Part shown: piece after piece, positions 29,522 through 39,224 of the stretch | How the letters are laid out: each line of letters opens with the position of its first letter | Position numbering within the stretch: the stretch's first letter is position 1 | Position numbers and translations under genes: made by a program | NCBI GenBank assembly: GCA_965226375.1 | Contig: CBDDCX010000005.1 | Location: 96,001-160,000 of the forward strand | Direction: 5' to 3' | Source of the DNA: Longimicrobiales bacterium | GTDB taxonomy: Bacteria; Gemmatimonadota; Gemmatimonadetes; Longimicrobiales; Gaopeijiaceae | Length of the DNA: 64,000 nucleotides | The notes under the pieces: generated by a model | What the model was told of the DNA's origin: nothing | What the model saw: the letters and a program-made list of their open reading frames with translations, nothing else | The model's database searches: none

Positions 29522-31251
29522 TCAGTCGGCGTTCACGTTCACCTCGAGCGTACGTAGACGATTGAGCGCGGCGGCGAACTCCAATGGCCGAAACGTGGCC
29601 AAATCGCCGGTCCGCCGCTCGTCAAGAGCGTCGAGCCCCTCATCCTCAATGATACGCGCAACCAGATGCGAAATCTCACCCATTGAGCGTTTCCCGTCCA
29701 GAAACGCTCACGGGCCAGCACGAGTGCACGTCCCACGGCCCTCGTCTGTGCTCGTGATACCAGCTGCGATACGGCCGAAAGATCGATCACGTGTCTACCG
29801 AGCACGAGCGTCTCCCGGTCACGAACCTTGAGGTCCACCTCACGTCGACCCCGGCTGGGATCCAGTGAGTGGGGGACCGGGGCCCGACCACGGATCGGCC
29901 CCATCGGGTTCGGCGTCTCCTGTTGGCGTCCGGTGGGGAGGTCCTCGGCGACGCGGCGAGCCTCTGCGGTCACGTCATGGGGTTGAAACTCCTTCATGGC
30001 CACCACGATGTCCGCTACGTCGAGGTAGTCTCCACTTCCTCCCAAGACGATCACCGAGCTCACGCCCCGATCTTCCCAAAGTGTTCTCACCCGGTCGACG
30101 AAAGGGGTGATGGGCTCCCCGGACTTGGGTACCAGAGCCTGCATGCGGCGATCACGGATCATGAAGTTGGTGGCCGCCGTGTCTTCGTCGATCAGGAGTG
30201 TGGTGGCGCCGGCTTCCAGCGCCTCCATGATCGAGGCTGCCTGGCTCGTGGATCCGGAGGCGTTCGGCGTGGAGAACACTTGCGTGTCCTGACCCTGCGG
30301 CAGGCCGTCGATGAACCCGGAGATGTCGACTCCTGAGACGGAGCGCCCGTCTTCGGCCCTGATCTTGACCGCCGCCGCTTCGGACACGGAGAACTCGCGG
30401 CCATCTCCCGGGCAGTGATTATGCACACCCGCCTCCAGGGCCCGGAGCAGTGTGCTCTTTCCATGATAGCCGCCTCCCACAATCAGGCTGACACCTCTGG
30501 GAAGCGCCATTCCGGTCAGCCAGCCGGCATTGGGTAGCTCGACGCTGGCCGCGAGGCTGGAGGGAGCGACGAAGGGTACGACCTCGTCTCCCGAAAGCGG
30601 CCTGTCATCGATACCACTCCTCCGGGGAAGGGAGGATCCGTTGCCCACGAAGGCGACCCAGCCCCGGTCGCTCAAGGACGCGCGCAACGCGTGGGCGTCT
30701 TCGTTGACGAGAGCGTGGCGCAGTACCTCGTCGGAACCCACGGCCCGATCGAGAAGACTCGCATGCACCACGGCGGGGACGTCCTCCGTGAGTAGGGCGA
30801 CGGCCTCTTGCCCCAACACCCTGCGGCCCGCAGCCGGGAGGCCGACCGTGAACCTTGCCTCCAGGCTGCCATCGTCAGATACGATCACCGCTGTGTGCGC
30901 TACGACCTCCTGACCGGGGGCCTCGATTTCAATGGCGCCACTCTTGCCGATGCCCCGAGGTTTCATGATGGCGAGCGCCACCCGATGGAACCGCCGGGCG
31001 AGCAGGCTCGCCACGCCGAGGCGGCGGGCGGTGGTTGCGCACGCCTCTAGTGCCAGGCCGGTGGTGGAGGGGGGGAGGAGGGTTCTCACCCGGCTCGGCG
31101 CAGCGAAGGGGTCTCCCTGAACGTGGTCGAGGTGCAAGACGAAGTCGGAGAACGCCCAGACGCCACGGAGGGCCTTGTAGGCCTTGTATCCTCTTCCGTC
31201 GATCTGCCCAAGCAGATCGACAAGGGCTTCCTTCGTGCTCATGGACCCCAT
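29522..31251 (-). CDS. Predicted ABC-class ATPase (ABC_ATPase / MRB1590-like; frameshift near 29700)
   Basis: DHVQGDPFAAPS, LPRRSG, GGGYHGKST, ASGSTSQAA and LLIDEDTAATNFMIRD. The C-terminus EFAAALNRLR is in a shifted frame. Confidence 0.85.
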
Positions 31252-31418
31252 CGGACACCCCTGGGCTCCCGCCGGTTCCTCGTCGCGCTCGTTGTGTGTG
31301 ATCTCGCATGCGAGCGCTGCTTCGGAACCTTTGCCCTCCCGTCGTGATTCTCTACGCGTGGCCACGCGTGAACCTGTCACACGTGGCTTATGAACTGGAC
31401 TCTTCTCGGGGGCGATGA

Positions 31419-32294
31419 ATGGGTTCCGACTTGCTTCGCACGACGTTCGATCGCGGTGCACGTTTTGCCTGGGGCACGGCCACCATCGCGGTGATAATTC
31501 TTCCGAGCGCGGTAGCCGGCCAGTGGGTCGAGGCGCCGGGAAAAGGGTGGATCAGCGCCGAGGTCTACCACCAGGACACGACGGAACAGTATGATCTGCA
31601 GGCCGAAAAGAGTCCCATCCCGTTCGAGGGCCACGCCAAGTCCACGGCCCTCTTCGTTACGTTCGCCGTGGGACTGGTCCCGAACTGGGATCTGTGGGCC
31701 CGAGGCTCCGTCAACTCTCTGTCGTTTTCCGACTTCGGTGCCGAACGCTCGGAAGATGGACTGGGCGACGCCAACGTCTGGTTGCGCGTGGCGCCGCTCA
31801 AGTACCTGGGCGTGGACTTTCCGTTCGCGATCCGAGGTGGGGTGAAGTTACCCATCGGCGACTCGCCCGTGGATGCCGAGATCATTCCCCTCAGCGAGGG
31901 CCAGACGGATTGGGAGATCATGGCCGAGGTCGGGCACTCCTTCTGGCCCCGCTCCGTTTATGTGAACGGGTGGGTGGGCTATCGGTACCGGAAGCTCAAT
32001 GAAGAAGCGTTTATCGATCCGGGAGAAGAAATTTTCTTCCTGGCTCAGGTGGGCGGTGCGGTCGGGAAATTCCAGTACAAGCTGGTCGCCGAGGGGTGGG
32101 ACTCGGACGCCCCCGTCCAAGAGGGCATCACCATCCAATCCAGCCAGCGTCAGTATCTTCAGCTCACGTCGTCACTCTGGTACATCACTCCAGTGGGAGG
32201 CTTCGAGGTCGGTTGGAGGGTGCCCCTGGCCGGCCGGAATTTGCCTGCCGGTGGCGCTCTGGTGCTCGGGTACTTCAGCCGATTTGGACTCTGA
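31419..32294 (+). CDS. Putative outer-membrane beta-barrel protein
   Basis: Signal peptide, GLGDANV, GVKLP.G and GQTDWE motifs; aromatic C-terminus. Confidence 0.65.
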   Translation: MGSDLLRTTFDRGARFAWGTATIAVIILPSAVAGQWVEAPGKGWISAEVYHQDTTEQYDLQAEKSPIPFEGHAKSTALFVTFAVGLVPNWDLWARGSVNSLSFSDFGAERSEDGLGDANVWLRVAPLKYLGVDFPFAIRGGVKLPIGDSPVDAEIIPLSEGQTDWEIMAEVGHSFWPRSVYVNGWVGYRYRKLNEEAFIDPGEEIFFLAQVGGAVGKFQYKLVAEGWDSDAPVQEGITIQSSQRQYLQLTSSLWYITPVGGFEVGWRVPLAGRNLPAGGALVLGYFSRFGL

Positions 32295-32325
32295 GCGGGA
32301 TAGAACCGCGCTGCTAGACAGCCGT

Positions 32326-32358
32326 GGCCCGCCAGCCCTCTGGGTTGGCGGGCCTTCT
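32326..32358 (+). terminator. Probable terminator hairpin
   Basis: GGCCCGCCAGCCC-TCT-GGGTTGGCGGGCC with a weak U-tail. Confidence 0.55.
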
Positions 32359-32493
32359 CGTATTCGACCCCCGCTGAAGCGGCCCGTGGGCGGGAGCTGT
32401 TGCAGGCCCCTTTGTACCGGACCATTTTGCCCGAGACCCGTATCGCGCCACCCGCCACCGCTGCCGTCCGACCCCAGAACGAAGGTCTGAATC

Positions 32494-34086
32494 GTGATAT
32501 GCTTGCCCCTGTCCCCGAGGGGGACCATCTCGGCCCTCGTATGCCTCCTGTGCTGCTCACCTACCCTCGTGGCTGGCCAGGAGCAGTACGACGTCCTCAT
32601 CCGGAATGGGCGTGTTCTCGACGGTTCGGGGAACCCCTGGTTCCTGGGCGACGTCGCGATCCAGGGCGAGCGTGTAGCCGCAGTCGGAGACCTCTCCGGC
32701 GCGTCCGGGCGGCGCGAGTTGGATGCCACGGGGCTGTACGTCGCTCCGGGCTTTATCGACTCGCACTCCCACGCGGGTCCGGGTCTGGCCACCGCGGAGC
32801 TCAGCCATGGCGAGCCCCTGCTGGCTCAAGGCCTCACCACGGTCATGGTCAATCCGGATGGTGGTGGCCCGGTGGATCTCGCAAGGCAGAGAACCCAGCT
32901 CCTCGAGCACGGAATCGGTGTGAACGTGGCCCAGTTCGTGGCACATGGCTCCATTCGCCGAGAGATCGTGGGTTCTGGCGATCGGGCGCCGAACTCGGCC
33001 GAGATGGATCAGATGCGGGGCGCGGTCCGGCAAGGCATGGAGGAGGGCGCCTTTGGCCTGTCGTCGGGGACCTTCTATGCCCCGGGAAGTTATTCCGAGC
33101 CCGAGGAGATCATCGAGTTGGCCAAGGTCGTCGCGGAGTTCGGAGGTGCGTACACCAGCCACATACGCGACGAAGCAAGCTACACGGTGGGCGTCATCGA
33201 GTCGGTGGAGGAGGTGATCGAGGTGGCACGCCAGACCGGCGTTCCCGGGGTGATCACCCACATCAAGGCTTTGGGACCCACGGTGTGGGGCTTTAGTGGT
33301 GCCATAGTACGACGGATCGAGATGGCCCGCGAAGAGGGGGTCGAGGTGTACAGCGATCAGTATCCATACGCCGCGTCGTCCACTGGGCTGGGAGCCGCCC
33401 TGATCCCTCGGTGGGCCGAAGCCGGGGGAGCTGACTCGCTCAAAGCCCGGCTCAACCGACCGGAGACCTTTGCCAGGATCCGTGAGGAGATGGTCGACAA
33501 CCTGGCACGCCGGGGCGGGCCTGATCGGGTGCAGTTCCGGAGGGCTGTGTTCGACGAGTCACTGGAGGGGAGGCTGCTGTCGGATGTCGCCGCCGAGCGG
33601 GGTGAGGATCCCGTTGATACCGCTGCGGGACTCCTGCGCCTTGGGAGCGTGGGGATCGTCTCCTACAACATGCACGAGGACGACGTGCGCACGCTCATGG
33701 TACAGCCTTGGAACATGACCTCGTCCGACGGTGGGTTGACGCCTCTGGGCCAAGGAGTGCCCCATCCCAGGAGTTACGGCGCCTTCGCGCGCAAGATCCG
33801 CTACTACGTGGTCGAGGAAGGTGTCGTCGATCTCGCCGCCGCGGTCCGGAGCATGACGTCCCTACCGGCTCAGATCTTCAGAATCCCGGATCGTGGCATC
33901 ATTCGCGAGGGGGCCTACGCCGATATAGTGGTCTTCGACCTCACCCGTGTGAACGATCCGGCCACCTTCACCGAACCCCATCAGCTTGCCGAAGGCATGG
34001 TCGAGGTCTTTGTCAACGGAGAGGCGGCGCTGTCGAGCGGCGAGTTCACGGGTCTGTTGCCCGGGCGGGTCGTCCGGAGGCACTAG
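32494..34086 (+). CDS. N-acyl-D-amino-acid deacylase family amidohydrolase, exported
   Basis: APGFIDSHSH, SHIRDE, THIK, DQYPY, SSDGG, PHPRSYGAF and ADIVVFD. Confidence 0.9.
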   Translation: MICLPLSPRGTISALVCLLCCSPTLVAGQEQYDVLIRNGRVLDGSGNPWFLGDVAIQGERVAAVGDLSGASGRRELDATGLYVAPGFIDSHSHAGPGLATAELSHGEPLLAQGLTTVMVNPDGGGPVDLARQRTQLLEHGIGVNVAQFVAHGSIRREIVGSGDRAPNSAEMDQMRGAVRQGMEEGAFGLSSGTFYAPGSYSEPEEIIELAKVVAEFGGAYTSHIRDEASYTVGVIESVEEVIEVARQTGVPGVITHIKALGPTVWGFSGAIVRRIEMAREEGVEVYSDQYPYAASSTGLGAALIPRWAEAGGADSLKARLNRPETFARIREEMVDNLARRGGPDRVQFRRAVFDESLEGRLLSDVAAERGEDPVDTAAGLLRLGSVGIVSYNMHEDDVRTLMVQPWNMTSSDGGLTPLGQGVPHPRSYGAFARKIRYYVVEEGVVDLAAAVRSMTSLPAQIFRIPDRGIIREGAYADIVVFDLTRVNDPATFTEPHQLAEGMVEVFVNGEAALSSGEFTGLLPGRVVRRH

Positions 34087-34706
34087 GTCCGAGAATCCTT
34101 CCACTGAAAGCCTTCGGTATCCCTTGCGACGAACCACGCGAGATACCAGGGTCGTCGTGAGGGGGGGCGAGCCGGCTCCTCCTTGTCGGAGGCGCGTCTG
34201 TCGGATCCCCATTGGAAGCCGGTCGATTCGACATGCTGAGGGGACCGGAAGTGGAAGCCTGAGTCATCCGGCTCAGCGGTTTCACGGCGCTCAGCCATGC
34301 GTCGGTCGGCCCCCTCCCGTTCATCGGCGCCCCACTCGAACCCAGAGGGATGGACCGGAGGGGGGCCTGAGGGCTCCTTCACCTCGTTCTCGTCCCTCCA
34401 ATAAAAGACCGGCACCCCCTGGAGATTGGGATGACCCCATCGGAAGCCGGAGTCGTGGTCGGTCGGGGGATCGAGGATGCCCAGCTCGGGGCCTTTTCTG
34501 CCCGGGCCCTCCCATGCGCACCGGGAGCACCACCTCCACTGGACCCATCGCGAGAGGACGCGCAACATCTTGCGCAACACCACCGGGCTTGTGGAACCAC
34601 CGCAGCGCGGACACATCCGCCCACGGGGGAGCACCAGATAGGCCACGGAAGTCGTCACCACAAGGAGCATGGCGAGGATTCCAACGACGGCGATGAGTGC
34701 GAGCAC
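34083..34706 (-). CDS. Membrane-anchored zinc-ribbon protein with repeated GFxW motifs
   Basis: N-terminal TM helix, CPRC...CSRC, then a disordered tail with six aromatic motifs; AGAGAG RBS-like sequence. Confidence 0.7.
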   Translation of the reverse strand: MLALIAVVGILAMLLVVTTSVAYLVLPRGRMCPRCGGSTSPVVLRKMLRVLSRWVQWRWCSRCAWEGPGRKGPELGILDPPTDHDSGFRWGHPNLQGVPVFYWRDENEVKEPSGPPPVHPSGFEWGADEREGADRRMAERRETAEPDDSGFHFRSPQHVESTGFQWGSDRRASDKEEPARPPSRRPWYLAWFVARDTEGFQWKDSRT

Positions 34707-34810
34707 GGATTGCTCTCTTGATGGAGCGTTTCTGGACCTTCTCTCAACGATACAAGCTCAACCGAGTGTGAGTCCAGAACATTTTATACAGACGTAGCGG
34801 AGGCATAGGT

Positions 34811-35788
34811 ATGGGTCACGTAAGACGGTTCATGACACGCCACTACCGGCATTTCAACGCCAGGGAGACCCTCGCGGCTGCGGTGGCGTATGACGCCCAT
34901 GTAGCGGCCGGCGGAAGAATGTTGGTGGCGTTGGCGGGCGCCATGTCCACAGCGGAGCTGGGCGTGAGTCTCGCCCGCATGATTCGTGAGGGGAAAGTTC
35001 ACGCCATCTCGTGCACTGGAGCCAACTTGGAGGAGGACGTCTTCAATCTTCTGGCCCACGACGAGTATGAGATCATCTCCGACTGGCGGGCCCTGAGTGC
35101 GGAGGCCGAGGCCGATCTCTACCGCAGAGGAATGAACCGCGTGACCGACACGTGCATTCCGGAGGACGTCATGCGCCATGTGGAGGCCCGCCTTGCCGAG
35201 GAATGGAAGAGCGCGTGCCAGCACGAAGAGCGGAGACTCCCGTCGGAGTTCCTGTTCGAGATCCTGCGGGGAGGTGCGCTCGAGGAGCACTATCAGATCG
35301 ACCCAGCCGACTCGTGGGTGCTCGCGGCCATGGAGGCGGGGATTCCGGTCTATGCGCCGGGTTGGGAGGACTCGACCACGGGGAACATCTTTGCTGCCAA
35401 CGTCATGATGGGTGTGGTCCCGCACCACCACTGCGTGGATTCGGGAACCGAGCAATTCCAGCACCTCATGGAGTGGTATCTGGCGAACAACGGGGCGGGA
35501 GAAGGAAGGCCCTCGGTGGGTTTTTTTCAGATCGGAGGAGGCATCGCCGGGGACTTCGCGATCTGCGCCGTGCCTTGCATTATCCAGGATCTGAAGCGGG
35601 AGACGCCTTTCTGGGGATACTTTGCCCAGATCACGGATGCCCCGGCCTCGTACGGCGGTTACTCCGGCGCCCCTCCGAACGAGAAGATCACGTGGGGTAA
35701 GCTGGCTCCTGACACTCCGCGATTCCACATTCAGTCCGACGCGTCCATCGTGGCTCCTCTGATCTTCTCCCACGTGCTCGGAGACTGA
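34811..35788 (+). CDS. Deoxyhypusine synthase-like protein
   Basis: AGAMSTAELG, CTGANLEED, IGGGIAGDF and YGGYSGAPPNEKITWGK (catalytic Lys). Confidence 0.9.
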   Translation: MGHVRRFMTRHYRHFNARETLAAAVAYDAHVAAGGRMLVALAGAMSTAELGVSLARMIREGKVHAISCTGANLEEDVFNLLAHDEYEIISDWRALSAEAEADLYRRGMNRVTDTCIPEDVMRHVEARLAEEWKSACQHEERRLPSEFLFEILRGGALEEHYQIDPADSWVLAAMEAGIPVYAPGWEDSTTGNIFAANVMMGVVPHHHCVDSGTEQFQHLMEWYLANNGAGEGRPSVGFFQIGGGIAGDFAICAVPCIIQDLKRETPFWGYFAQITDAPASYGGYSGAPPNEKITWGKLAPDTPRFHIQSDASIVAPLIFSHVLGD

Positions 35789-35909
35789 TCTCCGAGAGCC
35801 TTTCCGTTACCTTTTATGGCTAACGAGCGATCGCCTGAGTACGGCCGTTTCGACGGATCGGCAACCTTGTCCCAGGGGCTCTGACGTCTGGGTCCCACCG
35901 AGTCAGCAC

Positions 35910-37739
35910 ATGAAGATCAGGAACATCGCCATCATCGCCCACGTGGATCACGGTAAGACCACGTTGGTGGATCAGATGCTGCGCCAAGCGGGCGTATTCA
36001 GCGACCATGAGGCCGTCCAAGACCGGGTGATGGACTCCAACCCGCTGGAGCGGGAGCGGGGCATCACGATCCTTGCCAAGAATACGTCGGTGCGCTGGGG
36101 TGACATGAAGCTCAACATCGTGGACACACCTGGCCACGCCGACTTCGGCGGAGAGGTTGAGCGAATCCTCCGCATGGTGGACGGAGTCCTTCTGCTCGTA
36201 GACGCGGCCGAAGGGCCCATGCCGCAAACGCGGTTCGTCACGCGCAAGGCTCTCGACTTGGGTCTTCAGCCCATTGTCCTGATCAATAAGGTGGATCGCG
36301 CCGATGCCCGGTCCGAGGAGGTCCACGACGAGGTTCTCGAGCTGTTCATGAATCTGGAGGCGTCGGACGCTCAGCTCGACGCGCCCTTCCTGTACGCGGT
36401 CGGGCGGGAAGGGTGGGCAAACCCGGATCCGCACCAGACCGGCGGGGATTTGAGCGCCCTCTTCGACACCATCACGGAGCACATTCCCGCACTGCTTGTC
36501 GACCCCGACGGTCCGTTTCAGATGCTGATCTCCACGTTGGACTATTCCAGCTATCTGGGGCGCATCGGCATCGGTAGGGTCGAGCGTGGAAGTGTGCGCG
36601 TCAGTGAGGTGGTGACGCTCCTTCCACTCGGGGAGCCCGGTGAGGTAGCCGTCGATGACGCGCTGAAGGGCAAGGTCACCCAACTCTACGGATTCGAGGG
36701 TCTGGAGCGTGTCGAGATCGAAGAGGCGAGGGCCGGAGAGATCGTGGCGGTGGCAGGACTCGAGGGAGTCGAGATCGGCACCACCCTCACCGACCCCGAG
36801 ACTCGAGATCGGCTCCGTGGAATCGCCGTCGAGGAACCTACTCTCTCGGTCGACTTTACGGTGAACAATTCGCCATTTGCCGGACGGGTGGGAAAGTTCG
36901 TCACGACGCGGCAGGTTCGGGATCGTCTTGTCAAGGAGTTGGAGCGCAATGTGGCGCTCCGTGTGGAAGAGACCGACGTGCCGGACACGTTCACCGTGTC
37001 GGGTCGCGGCGAACTCCACCTGGGTATCCTTATGGAGACCATGCGCCGCGAGGGTTATGAGTTTCAGGTCTCCCGTCCGCGGGTCATCGAGAAACAGGGT
37101 CCGGAGGGCCGGTTGGAGCCGTTCGAGGAGGTGGTCATCGAGATTCCCGAGCAGTGCATCGGTCCGGTCATGGAGAAGATGGGACCGCGTCGGGGTGAGA
37201 TGATCGAGATGAAGCCCACGGATCGAGGGCCTGTGCGCTTGCGGTTTCGGGTACCGGCCAGAGGGCTCTTCGGCTATCGATCCGAGCTTCTCACCGACAC
37301 GCGGGGAGAAGGAACGCTCCACCATCGTTTTCTCGAGTACGGTCCCCATGCCGGACCGCTCACAGGGCGCAAGAAAGGCGTGCTGATAGCGGACCGTGAG
37401 GGAACGTCGGTAGGGTTCGCTCTCTTTAACCTTCAGGAGCGGTCTACCATGTTTATCGGCCCCGGCGAGGCCGTGTACAGCGGCATGATCGTGGGTGAGC
37501 ACGTGCGTCCGGGTGACTTGGACGTCAACGTTTGCAAGGGAAAAAAGCTCACCAACATGCGGACCACGTCTTCTGACGAACACATCCGGCTCGAGACTCC
37601 ACGGGAACTCACGCTGGAGCTCGCGTTGGAGTTCATCGAGGACGACGAGCTCATCGAAGTCACCCCGGACAACATCCGCCTGCGGAAGCGGCATCTGGAC
37701 ATTCATGCCCGCAAGAAGGCGGCACGCAAAAGGGCATGA
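35910..37739 (+). CDS. typA: Translational GTPase TypA/BipA
   Basis: [39 protein letters not shown] and KKLTNMR...DDELIEVTP. Confidence 0.98.
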   Translation: MKIRNIAIIAHVDHGKTTLVDQMLRQAGVFSDHEAVQDRVMDSNPLERERGITILAKNTSVRWGDMKLNIVDTPGHADFGGEVERILRMVDGVLLLVDAAEGPMPQTRFVTRKALDLGLQPIVLINKVDRADARSEEVHDEVLELFMNLEASDAQLDAPFLYAVGREGWANPDPHQTGGDLSALFDTITEHIPALLVDPDGPFQMLISTLDYSSYLGRIGIGRVERGSVRVSEVVTLLPLGEPGEVAVDDALKGKVTQLYGFEGLERVEIEEARAGEIVAVAGLEGVEIGTTLTDPETRDRLRGIAVEEPTLSVDFTVNNSPFAGRVGKFVTTRQVRDRLVKELERNVALRVEETDVPDTFTVSGRGELHLGILMETMRREGYEFQVSRPRVIEKQGPEGRLEPFEEVVIEIPEQCIGPVMEKMGPRRGEMIEMKPTDRGPVRLRFRVPARGLFGYRSELLTDTRGEGTLHHRFLEYGPHAGPLTGRKKGVLIADREGTSVGFALFNLQERSTMFIGPGEAVYSGMIVGEHVRPGDLDVNVCKGKKLTNMRTTSSDEHIRLETPRELTLELALEFIEDDELIEVTPDNIRLRKRHLDIHARKKAARKRA

Positions 37740-37777
37740 TGCTCGGTTGCCCTCCGGTCCACTGCACAGAGGCACGC

Positions 37778-38051
37778 TAGAAGGCTGAAGAGGAAATACA
37801 GTGGGTCGCGCACAGGGGTCTTGCGAGGCTCAGACTAGGAACGACGACGAGTCGTAGCAGGGCTACGGCGAGGAGGAGAGACAACGTATGAGACCGCAAC
37901 CCCCCTGTGCCCTCCGGGTTAGGGCGGCGAGGGCCCATCGCGGGTGTTGGCGCTCCTCCCCGATACTTAAGCATCGCGTCGTCGCGCCGCCTACGCGCTG
38001 GACCCTCGGCGCTCCTAACGCGACCCGCTGTACTTCCTCAACAGCCTTCTA
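37778..38051. mobile_element. Structured MITE-like element with ~33-bp terminal inverted repeats
   Basis: TAGAAGGCTGAAGAGGAAATACAGTGGGTCGCG pairs with CGCGACCCGCTGTACTTCCTCAACAGCCTTCTA. TA at both ends; two internal long hairpins. Confidence 0.7.
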
Positions 38052-38060
38052 AGGATGACG

Positions 38061-38579
38061 ATGAAGGAGCGCTACCTGGCGGCCACGGACTTTCGTTCGT
38101 ACCTGGAGTCGGTGGGAAAGAACAAGGAGCTTTGGCACGCAATCTATGAGCGGGCGTCGATCTCGCCGGAGATTCTGGATGAGGCCCGCCGGATACCCGG
38201 AACATGGCATATGCTGGCCCTCTCCGAGGACTGGTGTGGCGATGCCGTGAACCTGCTTCCGGTGCTGGCCCGTCTGGCGGAGCAGGTGCCGGGTCTCGAC
38301 CTTCGTCTCCTCTCTCGTGACCAGAACCCGGACCTGATGGATGCACATCTCACGGGCGGGCGCAGCCGGTCGATTCCGGTGGTGCTGTTGCTGGACGACA
38401 ATTTCGTCGAGCGGGGCTGGTGGGGTCCCAGACCGGGACCGTTGCAGGGGTGGTTCTTAACCAAGGGGCTCTCCATGCCCTCCGCCGAGCGGTACAAGCG
38501 GGTCCGGCGCTACTATGCCAAGGACCGTGGACGGACCATGCTCAGAGAGATTTTCGACTTAATGGATGCAGCCGCTTGA
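38061..38579 (+). CDS. Thioredoxin-family protein (single-Cys WCGDA)
   Basis: LSEDWCGDA, RSIPV and WGPRP motifs. Confidence 0.85.
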   Translation: MKERYLAATDFRSYLESVGKNKELWHAIYERASISPEILDEARRIPGTWHMLALSEDWCGDAVNLLPVLARLAEQVPGLDLRLLSRDQNPDLMDAHLTGGRSRSIPVVLLLDDNFVERGWWGPRPGPLQGWFLTKGLSMPSAERYKRVRRYYAKDRGRTMLREIFDLMDAAA

Positions 38580-38585
38580 GGGCCG

Positions 38586-39092
38586 ATGCCCACCTCTCAT
38601 AAAGACCTCGTCCCCGACAACACCCACCCGCTGAATCTCGGTACCGACGTCGTCGATGAGGCCTCCGTTGTTCGCCCCCCGCTGTCCGAGGTCTACATGC
38701 GGATGGCCGAGGAGCTCGCCAAGCGGAGTACCTGTGCAAGACTCCAGGTCGGCACGGTGATCACCGACGAGCACCTCGAGCATGTGGTGGCCATCGGATA
38801 CAATGGAAACGCTCGAGGATTTCCGAATCGGTGTGACAGTCCTACGCCGGGAAGCTGCGGCTGCATCCACTCCGAGCAGAACGCGCTGGTAAAGTCTCCG
38901 GGGGCTCTGCGGCGGAAGGTGGCGTTCGTTACCGCAAGTCCCTGCGTGGCCTGTGCCAAGCTCATGATCCAGGCGAACGTCGCTTATGTGTTTTACCGAC
39001 AGGCGTATCGCGATCCGGCAGGCCTCGAAGTTCTCGCGAGCGGCGGGGTCACCTCGGTCCACTATACCCGTTGGGAGCAAGCCTGGCGTTGA
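38586..39092 (+). CDS. dCMP/cytidine deaminase family (ComEB-like)
   Basis: RSTC.RLQVG, GYNG, HSEQNA and SPCVACAK. Confidence 0.9.
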   Translation: MPTSHKDLVPDNTHPLNLGTDVVDEASVVRPPLSEVYMRMAEELAKRSTCARLQVGTVITDEHLEHVVAIGYNGNARGFPNRCDSPTPGSCGCIHSEQNALVKSPGALRRKVAFVTASPCVACAKLMIQANVAYVFYRQAYRDPAGLEVLASGGVTSVHYTRWEQAWR

Positions 39093-39224
39093 ACGCGGGG
39101 GGCCTTTCCGGCCTGACCGTAGGCGTTATCTTGGGCCAGTCCTACCTGGCGGGCCGGCGATCGGCCGGACCCGCGCCCCCGTCCGGCAATGCCATGCTCA
39201 GATCACATTGTGAGGAGATAACAA

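Noticed and set aside
35820..37775. Long antisense ORFs (651 aa opposite typA; also 3855..5174, 48959..50191, 34784..35773, 61593..62618)
   Set aside because: Shadow frames of well-supported genes in GC-rich DNA, with no recognisable motifs.
37790..37830. GAGGAAA resembling the RNase P RNA P4 motif; also considered 6S RNA, tmRNA and SRP RNA
   Set aside because: It lacks GAGGAAAGTCC and the 3' P4 partner, tRNA-like ends and the SRP loop. The sequence is part of a terminal inverted repeat.
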